From assembly GCF_006345805.1 (NCBI RefSeq), contig NC_043008.1:16430001-16494000 (forward strand): a DNA stretch of 64,000 bases. Reading direction: 5' to 3'. The translations under genes and the position numbers were made by a program. Within the stretch, counting starts at the first letter, position 1. The number at the start of each line of letters is the position of its first letter. The stretch comes from Octopus sinensis (Eukaryota). Below the pieces are notes generated by a model. It saw only the letters and a program-made list of their open reading frames with translations, searched no databases and was not told the origin of the DNA. Below are positions 24,543 to 39,037 of the stretch, in pieces.

Positions 24543-26344
24543 TTTGCTAGTGTGATTGTTTAATTTGCTGTTATTTTCATTTCTCACCTGATAATTGGTT
24601 ATTGGCCGATTTAAATATGATAAATTAACAAATTAATATTATTTACAGTACATGTAATTCAACAGATTATGATAAGATTAGATGCTGTAAAAATGCGTAA
24701 GACAAGGACGGATTCTAACTTCATGCATGTTCATTTATAAGTTGCAATATCTGAATTAACTTACTTCAATTTGCAATATACCAGAAATGAAGTCTGTTAC
24801 GTGTAAATGCCTTCCCTACTACATAAAAATATACCAAAAGATTCCACGAGGGGTTTTATCACCAGGAAGAGGAATATTCCAGAGTAAATAAATTATTTTG
24901 AAGATGCACGAGTGTGTGTAATAAGATCAGTGAAAGGTGTTTAGGTGATATATTGAATGTTATCATCGGTAAATCTGGTCTGTCTTAGGAAAAGGTCGAG
25001 GCGTTATTTGCTTACAAACGATTGAAAGATTGATGCAGTTCACCGATCGATATATCTATCAACTGATACATCGGTATTATATACTATTCATTATATACAT
25101 CAATGTCTGATAATGTTCAGAAATAGTACCGTAGCATATCGTTTAACTAGCCGTGATTTATGTTACAAAAACAACTTTGATGCTTTTAGTTATATTAAAG
25201 AAAGCAATTCAACTGATAAGTTGTATCAGACGCAGGACTAGAACGGACGTTGGGGAAGAAAAAAAAAAAGAAACTAACAACGTAGAAGCAAGAGAAATAG
25301 CTTTCTAGTTCGTTAAAAATGTAGACATTCCATTCAGTATTCTCGTATATCTGTTTGCTTTTTTCTCAGATATTTTATCAATATCACTTTTAATCATTTA
25401 TGTTATTTCATTAAGAAATTATATACTAGTCTTTCTTTCCATCTCGGCACCCTAACGTTACAGCTTATAGTGAAAGTCGGGTGCTTTGCGATGTCAATCA
25501 ATCTACTGCATATTTTTCTTTACTCGTGCTGGTATCTCAAGCCAGCACATACATTTTTTTTTTCTACAAGAACCATTCTGTGTCACCCACTTTATGTTAA
25601 ATGTTATTTGATAGACAAACCGTGTTATATGCAAGACGTTAAATGAAATTGCAACTTGCGAAAAGGATTTGAGTTATTTTTAATTTCTTATATTGACAAC
25701 TATATTTTTTTTTCTCCGAATTTATATCTATTTCTTTTTATCTATCTGCAATATTCAGAATACGTATTATTTAAAGCTGAAGAACGAAGAAAAAACAAAC
25801 AACAGAAAGAAGAACATAACTGTCATGATATAAGAAAGAGGATAAATATATACATTTTTAAGAATAAAAAGAAAATACTTCCAGAGAAATATTTTAACAT
25901 GACTTCAAAGCTAGATCTTTTGAAGTTTGTGCCTTTGGTTTTTCAATAGTTTGATGATATATTCGCTTTTATGATGTGGCTTCTATGGTCGTCAACAGTA
26001 ATTGAATGCGTGCTGTTTCGTGCTAGGAATAATTACTTAGCACCATTTTATCCATAAACGGAAAAGTTTCAAGACTTGAGTTACTTTTTTAGGAAGAGGC
26101 ACGAAACAATCTCTAAAATATAGATAAGTAAATAATGTACGTTGAGCAACAAACTGTCGGGGTTCGAAAAGCACTGATGGAAGAGATGACTGCTACATAG
26201 AAAACGGGTACGGAAAATGATAGGAACTAAAAATATATGGCGTTGCTTAGTACGTTAGAGATCTTTATTTCTTGGTTTTGTTTTTACTTTCCCTCGGTGT
26301 TATTTCAGTTACAGAAATAGTTTTATTTACTAACAAGAAAGAGG

Positions 26345-26421
<77 letters not shown>

Positions 26422-26981
26422 ACACACATGAATGTACATATATATATATATGTATGTATGAAAGTATGTATATGTATATGTGTGCATGTGTGTATATATA
26501 TATATATATATATGTATTGAAAACAAAACAAGAAATATAATTTCTGCTCGCTTTGAAAACATGATTTTTAGAACAGAAACATCAAAGGATTTACGTGTTT
26601 CAGTAATCGCTTCTCTTTCTAGCTTTTCGCATTACAAACGCAAACGTTTTTACACACTATCATTTATAACAATTTACTGGTTACTTTTCTACTTTCTGCA
26701 GAGAGCAAAGAACACACACGCACACACGTGCACTCACCCACCCACACACACACACGTGCACGCACACGCACACGCATACGCACACGCACACACGGGCACA
26801 CACACCTTCACATACGGACACAGACACATACACACATACATACATAATACATATATTCATATATACTAGCCACTTATATTATTATTTATTAAAAATGATA
26901 TCATCATATTATATATATATATATGTATATATATATACATATATATATACATGTGTATATATATATATATATATAATATAT

Positions 26982-27042
<61 letters not shown>

Positions 27043-28215
27043 GGTGTGTGTGTGTGCACACGTGTATGTATGTATGCCTTTATGTATATCTGTAATCTCA
27101 TAAAACCAACAAGGGAACGGAATCTAGATTCGGTGAAATATAAAAATATACATTTTATTGTTTGCATTGAACAGATTCCTTTTATTTTAACAGAGCGCTC
27201 ATTGATGGTTGTAATATTCATCTCTGCTTTTAAAAGATTTTACATCTAAGTTAATGTCGAATACCTGTAGCTATGTGTCGTGCGGAAACTATGGTTCAGA
27301 GAAGTCTTCCACGTAGGCATTCAGTTAAAACTTACATTATATATATATAGCGAAATGGAAATACGATGAACGAAGTTGTTGGCTTCACACATCAAACGAA
27401 ATAGGTTTACTAGAAACTATCCACCAGGAATATATCATCTTGTCTAGGAAACCCACTAAATGAGAAATCTATAACTTCCTTTTTGTTCTAATTGCACGGG
27501 AATTAATTATTCATATTTACAGGATGTATGATAAAAGCTTCTGATATATACATATATATATATATATATATCACAAATACTGATAGGGCACAAAAAGTGT
27601 GTCTATAGCCAGCTGGAGGAGGTGTCTTCCTGGGGCTACAAACTACAGTAGCATCCACCCTTAGGGGTTAGCCATATTCAAATGGCAAATATACGTCACG
27701 ATGTGTTGCCACTACTGTTTATAACTCACTCTGAGATTTATCATTATATATATATATATCTGTAAATGTAATATGTGACAATTATTTGGTAGACATGATA
27801 AAACTCCGAGTTTCGGATGCTGAGATGGAAATCCACACCACCATCTCTTCAGTTATCCGGCCATTCGGAAAGATGCTATAAAGGGAAATTACTGTGTGAT
27901 TGACGGTTATTAAGACACAAGAGATATTTGCATGACCGCAAAATAAGGGGAGGGAATCTTCGGTCACTCTAGTGAATGTTTATTAGTTGTTTATTATAGT
28001 TTGTTTATTATAGACGCATTTTGCTTAAATAACTGTCGTATATTGTTGAGAAAATAATATACAAATAAATTATTTGCATAGATATTGCGCGCTAGCATTT
28101 TTTCAATTAATCATATTTATAAATATATATATAACATATGGAGAGAGTAAATAATTATTATATATAATAGCATTTATTCCTTGGTGAGCTTATTAGCAAT
28201 CTTATCACTATATAA

Positions 28216-28570
28216 ACAATTGCAGCGTGAAATGTGTTGGTAAGCCATTTGAGAAACCCACAAAAGCCGTTCGATTCACTTCAACATTTAAGTTTAATTT
28301 GTCAGAATATTTTCGTCGCTTTAAGACCGCAACCTGTTCACTGACAAAAATCTGTGCTGCATCCCTGAGATATAGCACGAATTTTTGTCAGTGTACAGGT
28401 CGCGGATTTTAGCGACGAAAATATTTTGACAATTTAAACTTAAATGTTGAAGTGAATCGAACGGCTTTTGTGTGTTTCTCAAATGGCTTATAAACACCTT
28501 CCACGCTGCAATTGTTTTCGTTTCAGCACACGATCTCAGATCAAATCACTTGCTATGCGAGTACATCTCC
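28216..28570. mobile_element. Foldback of two MITE-like monomers, flanked by a 13-bp direct repeat
   Basis: Arms 28216-28357 and 28375-28515 are inverted. tatcactatataa occurs at 28203-28215 and 28571-28583. Confidence 0.8.
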
Positions 28571-31358
28571 TATCACTATATAATTAACAATTTAATATGA
28601 TTTTATCTAAGAAAATAGAAAGCGAGCATAGGCTTGGTTACAATTTCCGGTACAAAATTAATATGAATGGCAAAGGAAATCGTCATTTAAGAGTCTTTCA
28701 GTTACTGTTGACAGTCATTTAATTAGCTTTGTGATCTAAGGAGTCCATGTGTAGGGAAGCAATTTGGATGCGTTTGGATAAAATAAAATGCAGCGTGGAA
28801 ACGTCCCTTATTGAGGTGAGGTCTTGAAGCAGCTCGTTTGAATAAAGCTTTATCGTCATCTAAATTGTTCTCATTACAGAGTAGAAATTACATCAAATAT
28901 TCCTTCATTTGACGACAATTTGCATTTGGTAATTTGTAATGTTGTGTGGTCATTTATTTTAAAAGAGTATATGCTGTTTTAGTAACATCGCAAGTAAAAT
29001 ACAAAATATATCCACTGTAGCATATTGAATGGAATTTCTTCAGTATCATTCACGTCATATGGGAAGGGATTTACTTCGTGCATAATTGCGACAGAAAAAA
29101 ACTCTGTAGTAGTATGTTTAATACCTTTGTACAAAACGTTAATGCTTAATAATTCATTAATATTGAGAAATTGTAGTGTGTTTGGTTCACTTTTGGAGAA
29201 AGTCATTTGAAGGATAACGTCATGTTGAGAAGCGAGCCAAAGGGAACAGCGACAGTCTTTTGAAATTCTTTGGTAATTTTTTCGGATGAGATATGCTAAG
29301 TTTTCAGTTCCTTGTGATTGGTAGCTGCAGTGTATCCCTCCATAATGGTGTAGGATGAATTTGGTTTTGCATGTGCGCCTTCTCAAAGGAAGTGGCGTCA
29401 TGTAAAGTTGTAAAGTTAATCAAACGATATATTTTTGAAGTAGATCTGTCGATTTTAATCTCATAACTGTTATAAGAATTACACATGATTTCACAAAACC
29501 ACAGATGAAAAAATATACACGGTAAATGTGCATTACACACTCACAAACACACTCACATACTTAGCACATCTTGCACAGGTATATATATATATATGTATAT
29601 ATGTATATATATATGTATATGTGTGTGTATGTATGTGTGTGTGTGTTTGTATGTATCTGCGTTTGTGCTTATATAGGTATGTGTGTATATATAAATATAT
29701 TGTCTGACAGATAAAGCAATGACAGTGATTTCATGTCTAATGTCATAAGATATTATGACTAGCTTTGCTATAGCTTTCACAGTGGTATCCAACAATATTA
29801 AACAGACACAGACATTCATAGACACCCTCAAACACGTATATATATATGAGCTCACAGATCTACACGCACACTCTAATACGCACATACACATTTGCAATCA
29901 CTTAATGTATTAAAGTAAACAAGCTATCAACACTCATTTATCAAAGACATTTATTCTGTCGAGAAATGTATTGGAATAACATATTCAGAATTAAAAACAT
30001 GATGGAAGGATTGGAAACTTTTGACCCCCAGCCAAGGCAAAGTTCAATCTGGCCGAAATTATGTTCGATCACAATATACTTTGTGAAAACCTTTTTAAAA
30101 TTGCTTCGAGACAACTGCATTAAAATGGCTTCCACTCTGATGGGGAATAAGTAGCACAAATAAATGTTTATGCTCTCCAACGTCAACCAAATACCAAAGA
30201 TAAAATAACAAGTGTATATAGAGTAAGCGACAGAATAGATACAATTAAATTATTTTTTCTGTCCAGATTTTATGTTTTCCAAAGCGCCAAACGTTCGACG
30301 TCCTAAAGATATTGATTAGCTAAAAGGATTTTGTTTCACGTATTAATTTCCACAGTATATTTGAAGCGTAATACGATGTTATCGTTTTCCTTGGGGAACG
30401 CTCTTAAGACAATATATATTTATATAATTACATGTTGAGAAGTGTATGTTTCCTGTGCCAGAAAGTAACAACTATGTTCAAAGTGTGTATATCAGTGTGT
30501 TCGTGTGTGTATGTGCATATGTTTGCGTATTTCTTTGTATATTTGTGTGTTTTTGTGTAGGACTACTAAGTAATATTGTTCGTTCGCAATATATATATTC
30601 ACACCTGAGTGTATGTTTCTCTTTATATTTTTACATTAACGGAATGTCTATTGCGAGCAAAAATGTTTATTGCTACGGTAACATTATATAATATACAGTT
30701 TATTTTATAGATGTGAACTTTCATACTTTTCTGTTATAACGCAACAAGTTGTTTTTTTTTTTTTTTTACTGAAGGAATATGAAAATTAGGGTTTCGAATA
30801 ATAGTTAAAAGTGAATAACTATTGTTTGTAAAGTATATGCGTGGTATTTATATTTTTCATACAAGGAAATACCAGCATTCCCAAAAGCTCTATAATCGAT
30901 TCGGTTGGTTATGATGGTTTAAGCCAGTAAATGTAATCATTCAGTTACACATAGAAGACAGAAGCTGTATCACTATTAAGGAGGAATAAACATGAAAAAT
31001 AAATGCTGAACGGGCGTAATGGAGATTCATCTTCCTTCTACAAACACAGCCATGGTACTTCTCATCGAGAGATTAGAAATAATAATATGTAAACGTTGCT
31101 TGCACTGCCAAAATCAATTTTGTCTCACAGTTTACTTACATAACTAAAAACGTTAATAATCTTTGATTTTGTGTCTATTTTGATGTCTATTATAGCCATG
31201 TTACGCTCATGGTTATCTAGGTTATTAACGGAGGAAAACAAGTATAACAACACCTATAGTGGGTCTGACCGAAGAATGAAAAGAATATGTTTGTTTTTAG
31301 AACACAGTGAGAGAAAATTGGAGAGAGATAGAAAAAAAGAAAGAGAAATGTTGTTATA

Positions 31359-31774
31359 TATTTCTTTATTGCCCAGAAGGGGCTAAATACAGTGGGGACA
31401 AACAAGGACAGACAAAGAGATTAAGTCAATTACATCGACGCCTGTGCGTAACTGGTACTTTATTTATCGACCCCGAAAGTATGAAAGGCAAAGTCGAGCT
31501 TGGCGGAATTTGAACTCAGAACGTAACGACAGACGAAATACCTATTTCTTTACTACCCACAAGGGGCTAAACGCAGAGAGGACAAGCAAGGACAGACAAA
31601 GGAACTAAGTCGATACATCGACCCCATTGCGTAACTGGTACTTTATTTATCGACCCCGAAAGGATGAAAGGCAAAGTCAACATCGGCGGAATTTGAACTT
31701 AGAACGTAACGGCAGACGAAATACGGCTACGCATTTCGCCCGGCGTGCTAACGTTTGTGCCAGCTCGCCGCCTT
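31359..31774 (-). mobile_element. SINE family B dimer (full monomer plus 5'-truncated monomer)
   Basis: Two tandem cores; flanking direct repeat aatgttgttata at 31347-31358 and 31778-31789. Confidence 0.88.
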
Positions 31775-32512
31775 AGCAATGTTGTTATAGGGTAACAGAT
31801 GTTGTGCCCGTTGGTTTTTAAAAGCAAAAGCTTAGTCTATTTAAAAATCCCAACATATTCTGTAAATGCTGGTTTGATTAGAGTCATCAAATATATGAAG
31901 AAGGGATAAATAGGATTTCACTTAATCTTGAAGGTTTCTGTATTAGAATATTATATGATGATATTTAAAAATGCTTAATTGCAACAAATGTGGGAATATA
32001 TATAATACTTGTGTGTGTGTGTGTCCGAGTGCTCTGTTTTATCATTCGTTATTTGAAATCGTTCTGTATTCAAGGAGTTGCTTCTAACGAAGATACAAAG
32101 CTCCAGCTTTGGAAACTACATAACAAAGATGTGGAACTTGAGAATGTTTGCGTATATTTACTGTTCTACTAAGAGTTTGTAAAATGTAAGTTGAAAATAC
32201 ATGTTAGTTGATTTTATTTTTGTGAAACCCAATATCTTCTGGATGGAACCTTAGGAAAACCATAATACCATATTACACTTTAAATATATTATAGCTTTAA
32301 CATATTACTGTTGACTTCTTTTTTTCCTCTTTTTTGTCGTTATCGATATGATCAGAATCGGCTTCGTCTCTTGACTATCAAAGAGCATGCACGTGCTGTA
32401 CTTCAATTGTATTACATACCTAATCATTGGGATCTAATATCCAAAACGTTCAGCTAAGACGATGCTTTCGTTCGCGTCATAATTTATTCTGTACCATATT
32501 ATACAATAGAAT

Positions 32513-32708
32513 TATTTTTATTACCCACAAGGGTCTAAACACAGAGGGGACAGACAAGGACAGACAAACGGATTAAGTCAATTACATCGACCCCAGTGTG
32601 TAACTAGTACTTAGTTTATCGACCCCGAAAGTATGCAAGGCAAAGTCGTCCTCGGCGGAATTTGAACTCAGAACGTAACGGCTGCCGAAATACGGCTACG
32701 CATTTCCC
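32513..32708 (-). mobile_element. SINE family B, 5'-truncated monomer
   Basis: Matches the tail and core of the 31359 copy. Confidence 0.85.
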
Positions 32709-33197
32709 TTTTAAATACCGTATGATGTACTGATTGTGTATTCCGAAGTACGTGTTCCCACGATGTTTATATCTTGAGTGACTCATTGCCGTTGAAATAG
32801 CACTTTCCTTTGCAATTTATTAAGTTTAATTTTTATCAGCTCTAAAGTTTCATTTTCAAATTATATATTTTTTTAGTTGCTATGCAGCAAATTTGATATA
32901 ATTAAAAATGTCATCAATTATTATATCGATTGATATTTGGGACATTGTATCAGTAGTTTGGTATACATTTACAAGTAATGACATTTAGAAGACAAAAACC
33001 TCTGATTAATCGTTTCAATAATTAATTAGAGGAAGAAATTATAGTCAGTCGTAGATTTTTCTGATTGAGACTATTGAAATTCGGAGGAATGGTATTAAAC
33101 GTCAAGGAGTGGATACCATAGAAATATCAGTATCTCGCTATAGACAAGCATTAATGCTTACATTAAAAAAATGTGATTACATGTGCTTGTATGTAGG

Positions 33198-33228
<31 letters not shown>

Positions 33229-33330
33229 TATCCATATAAATATATATATATGTACATATAAATATATATCTATATATATATATATAATATATATATATAT
33301 GTACATATATATATATATATTATATATATA

Positions 33331-33392
<62 letters not shown>

Positions 33393-35803
33393 TATGTTTT
33401 GTTTGAAAATCACCTTTTGTATAAAAGTATGACAAGTCTGTGTTACGATTAATCCACTTACTTTGATACTCTCAATATCACGACGAGGTATTCATTTTTA
33501 TTCACCATAACAATTCCCTCAACATGCTATCATTGTGCATGGTAGACCAAGCGTGGTTCAATAATCACATGATGAAAGACATTCAAGCTATCATACACTT
33601 TACATTTTGACATATCTTCATCATCCTTGACTATATCATCTAATGTGCCCTTCTGTAGCTATGCGATGGTACACAAAGATTTAGTGGGATACATGGCTGG
33701 TGTTGAAAGCTTGTTCAGTGCCCACATACAGATCCTCACGTTGGCACAACGCTTTACTTCATAATCTGATCTAGTGGAGTAGAAGGTCGATATCACTCCT
33801 GATGATGATGTGACTGTTGATTAAATTATGCACGCAAATATTGTGATATAATGTAAGGCCATAAAAAAATAATTTGATATTCTCAAATCACTAACTCATA
33901 TTTCGATAGCCTGTGGTGAGCTATGAGTGATCTACAATATCAACCACATTTACTAGCAACTGACACACAAGGGAGATTTTTATACAAAGGAAATTGTGTA
34001 AAGCTTTCGAATACTATGTAAATATATCCTCATTTATTGTACCAAAGAAATATTCAACTAACTAGCGTATGTAACAAGCATAACTGTTTCAAATGTTGGT
34101 ACAATGCCACTGGGGATCGATTACATTGACCCCAGTGTGCAAATGGTACTTATTCTATTTTCCCCGAAATGATGGAAGACAAAGCTGACCTCGGTAGAAT
34201 TTTGAAATTCAGAATTTAATCCCTGGAAAGAAATACGACGAGGAATCTTATGCAATTTTGTAAAGATTTAACGAGCCAGGCAAACGTATAAATATCATTA
34301 AAATAGGATGTCCGTTTTTGAGTTGAACATGCTTTGACGTTGGAAGATAGCGCTTTGTTTTGCTTCGGCAATAAATATACTAACATTCGAACGATTGTAC
34401 ATCTCACAGTTGACCTGACGTCATACAAAGATCATAAAATGAGACATCGCAGTTAAGTGGCTTCGGACTGGGATATACTGCTTGGCAATATGGTTTGTGT
34501 CCTACCACAGCTTCTGTTTGACTAAAGCTTGTGAGCCGAATTTAGTAAAAAAACGCTACGTAAACTTACCCTGGGTTATCGTCAGAATAAAGTAGGACAA
34601 TGGAATCTTGAGAAGTAGAACTGATACAAAATTCCATTAATCCTTTGGTTTTGGTAAATAAAACAAGATCCAGTATTCGTAACGAAATTGAGTCTTAACA
34701 GGCAAAGGAGGCGAGCATTCGAATTCGTTGTATAATATGATTACGAATAGATCATATCAAAATTTTTATATCCATATATATTTTTGCATGCGTGTATTTG
34801 CGCATGAACACATATTTGTTGGTTGTATGTACACACATGTGGGTTTGATGGAGCCAGAGCGTTTGGTGTACACACAAAAGTACGCATATATTGTTACATA
34901 TCAACATCGCTTGTATATGTCTTTGTTTTGTACATTATCTTTGTTGTTCAGTGCCAAATCGCAAGTATGGCAGATGTTGCAGTTATCTAGTCATTATATC
35001 TATTCCATTGAATGCAAGCAAAAATGAAAACTACCATCTTCCTTCACTCGGTCATTTGATGCGTTTAAACTATCATTATATGACAACTATACTCTCTGCA
35101 ACCATTCTTATTTTTTTTTTTTTGCCTATCCTATTTTTTGTTTCTTTTTAGATTATTTATGTTGCTTTTCCTTATTTTCCGGCTGCTCACAAGCTTGAAT
35201 TGGATCAATTTCTTCATTCATTTTAAATGCCGCTTTGCTGTATTCGCATTGATATAAAGATACGTTGCATACATGATACATGAGTCATACATATATGCAT
35301 ATATACTTACATGCAAGCATACACGTACAATCACACACGTACATATATATATATATATATATAAGAGAGAGAGAGAGAGAGAAAGAGAGGGGGGAGAGAG
35401 AAAGAGGGTGAGAGGGAGAGAGAGCAAAAGAGATAGCTATGTAGATGATGTAGGCAGATATAAATTGCATACACACACATACAAAATAGACAAACATATA
35501 GATAAATAGAGCTAAGTACACAGATAGATAGATAGCCAGCCATCCAGCCAGAGAGACAGACATACAGACATACAGAAAGACAAATAATATCAAATAAATA
35601 TCATAGTAAAAAACTGTCGAATATTATTGCGATGCAACAATATTAGAGAGAGACAAACAGCTACATAATTGATAATGTAAAAGTAACTACCCCGAACGAT
35701 ATATTCTGCCACAACTTCGAAGTTACTGTTTATCATTTTAGAAATTATTCGATTTGAAACCACATATTATTGAGATATTAATACAAATAAAATTTATATA
35801 TAC

Positions 35804-35804
<1 letters not shown>

Positions 35805-35834
<30 letters not shown>

Positions 35835-35995
35835 TGTATGTATGCATGCATGTATGTATGTATGTATGTATGTATGTATGTATGTATGTATGCATGGATG
35901 GATGGATGGATGGTTGGATGTATGTATGTATGGATGGATGTATGTATGTATGTATGCATGTATGTATGTACGTATGTATATATGTATGTATGTAT
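35805..35995. repeat. (TATG)n/(GATG)n compound microsatellite
   Basis: Direct reading. Confidence 0.95.
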
Positions 35996-36636
35996 ATATA
36001 ATATCTACACAATGCAGATAAATGTAAAGAGAGAGCAACAACATAGTTCGGTTAAGATATATGGTTGTAGAAACTGGTTAAAACATTATCAGTTATATAC
36101 AAAGAAAATAGAAACATATACTTATACGCAATTCGAACAATCACTTCCGGATGAAGAATAATTTTAAAGAACGCTTCTGCAAATATGGAAGCCCTTGAAT
36201 ACACATGCTGAAATACTTACATACATACACATACACACACATTTACATGTGTGTATAATTATGTTTGAGTTATCTGTGTGTATACGTGTGTGTGTGAGTA
36301 TTCATCCATAAGAACATGAATTCATGTTCACATACACGTGCATATATCTCAGCCATTTATTTTCTCACTCTGATTCCTAAGTAACTCACGCAAGGCAATA
36401 GGTGTGCGGCGGTGTATAGATTGTGAGAAACACAGGTTCCTATGCATTTGAGTGTGTCTGTGTGTTTGTGTGTATAGTTATGTGTACAAGGGGGCGTTTA
36501 AGAGTGTGCGTGTATATATATATATATATATATAAACACACGCACATTCACCTCACACACAAACACAGTGTATTTTTGCATATTGAGTTACTTATGCGTT
36601 TGCCTGTCAATTGTGGGTGTATATTTCTAATGGCTT

Positions 36637-36694
<58 letters not shown>

Positions 36695-38438
36695 CTCACA
36701 AAGGATGATCTATAATTTCCTCTACTCCTATTTTCTTTCCCATCATTGAACAAAGCATATAGTGAAAACCATACACCGTCTTTGGATGGTTGATCATATA
36801 TATGGTAATGGCAACTTTGCTTTCAAAATTTTATATATTCAGAGCGATACACACAACAGAACCATAAAAATTTTTTTTAAATTTTATTTTCTCGTTAGAA
36901 CAAAGATATTTCACTTAATTATATTCTTGAACACATTATTAGACCTTTACATTATAGAAGTGCATTTGCGACTCTGTAACAAAAATGTACCTGAGAATAA
37001 GAAATGAATCTTAAAATGAAAAACGAAATATATGCTAACCGCAAATCTATCGCAAAGGTTGAATTTTTATACTGTCTGAGATAAACATCTGTTACACAAG
37101 ATTTTTCTCATCGGCTGAAACCATTTTACTTTTAAGCTAGTATATCTACTGATCGTCAGAAACTCAACAAAAAAATTAAAATAACCTAGAAATATGATAA
37201 CAGATAATATTATAATAATGTAATATTTTAAATGTAACTCATAAGCGTGTATTTTCAGAATCAGTTTATACTAGAATATAGTACAGCACAGACAGGCAAG
37301 ATATATGTGTGAGTCGTTAAAGGCAGTTGAGTGTAAATGGAGTTTTTACGGTCTTAGTATCAGCCATTGTTAAATTAAGTCGATTTTACTTTACGTTGAA
37401 TTGTAGCTCAATTTATGAATAAATGCCAAGCAGATAGAATAGTTAACACGCCAGGCAAAATCCTTAATGCATTTCGTCCGTTTTACGTTCTAAATTCCGG
37501 CCATTGGAGATTCTAATCTTTTATGAATAATCATACATATTTTCTCCTAAATATGATACCTTATGCCTATATCATAATTCAATATAAATAACTGCAAAAA
37601 ACATTGGAGAATTTCATGTTTGATATAGTGGCGAACAGAGGAACCGATGCTACTTTGTTCTGTGGCTTTTTTTTGTTTCTCTTCTATCTTAGTTTAAATT
37701 CTAGTTGGTTGAAATGTTATTGTGGACGTCGATTAGTCAAAAAGTGGTAACATATTCAGACCGATAAAATATGGTTGCAGAAGAACTTAATAAATATAGA
37801 ATAGATAACAAGGAGAACTCACTCGTAGTATGTAGTCATATAAGGATTGTGCTGTCAGATATATTCGTTCTTTTTCTTTTATCTCCTCAAGCATTTTAAT
37901 AATTTCCAGTGTTGTTTGAATTAACATGAGATAGATTTTTATCTGTGCTTTATGTTAGTTTGGTTCCCTGTTCTTTAACAACTTTTGTCTATCATATTTG
38001 AAATCTGAACAAATTTTACCTATTTTCGGGCTGATGATTACAGAATGCCAAGTAGCAAAAGTCGAGCGATTTTCTCTGCCAAACTACTAGATAAATTTGC
38101 CGCATAAACATCAGTTCATGCGTCGTTAATATAGGCGGATACTGACAATTCGGTTTTAACTGTAGTCCTGCGTATAGCGTTGAAAATTGAAGGAAAAATG
38201 TTATCTTAATTATCTCAATTTGAAAATTATTAGGATTAAAATTAAAAATTGTATTTCTTTTTAACTGACGAAGGCGATCATTAGTTTTCGCGATTTGTAC
38301 TTTAATGCCTAATAGTAACTATTTTCTCCGGTAAAGACGTCAACGAAAATAAACTCATTAACAAACAACATGCTGCTCAAATTACTATTACTTCGAAATA
38401 AAACACCAAACAATATGCTTCAGATTCCAAACTCAACG

Positions 38439-39037
38439 CTTAATGAGTATAAATATAATTACCACATTCAAAAGAACGGAATATCCCGCCAGGAGTGAAA
38501 GAGAGAGAGAGAATGGGGTCTTGCATAACATTTGATTGTCTACGTGTGTGCTGTAGTATTTTTGTAGAAAGGGCATCAGAGCTTGAGAATCAATTCAGTA
38601 TTTTGTATAGTTTTTCTGCTCTACAGTTTTCTACGAATACACTGGGGAGCAATGTTCAATAAATTTAGCCGATATTTGTGTATGTTTGTCATTATTTAGT
38701 TTATTTCTGGATTACTTGCCATTAGTGAAAGAACTCAGAACTTAATGAGTATAAATATAATTACCGCATTCTAAAGAACAGAATATCCCGCCAGGAGTGA
38801 GAGAGAGAGAGAGAGGGTGGTCCTTGCCTAACAGTTGATTGTCTATGTGTGTGCCGTAGTATTTTTGTAGAAAGTACTTGAGAGTTTGAGAATGAATTCA
38901 TTATTTTGTATAGTTTTTTCTGTTCTACAGTTTTCTACGACTGCGCTGGGGAGCAACGTTCAATAGATTTAACCGATATGAGTGTATATTTGTCATTATT
39001 TAGTTTATTTCAGGATTACTTGCCATTAGAGAAAGAA
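38439..39037. repeat. Tandem duplication with a 302-bp period
   Basis: cttaatgagtataaatataattacc starts at 38439 and 38741. The units are colinear to ttgccattag.gaaagaac, with scattered substitutions. Confidence 0.9.

Noticed and set aside
34570-34636. Signal-peptide-like minus-strand stretch WNFVSVLLLKIPLSYFILTITQG ending at a phase-1 gtaagt donor
   Set aside because: An in-frame TAA lies immediately upstream, the nearest ATG is out of frame, and it abuts a decayed SINE. It would need an assembly indel or RNA evidence.
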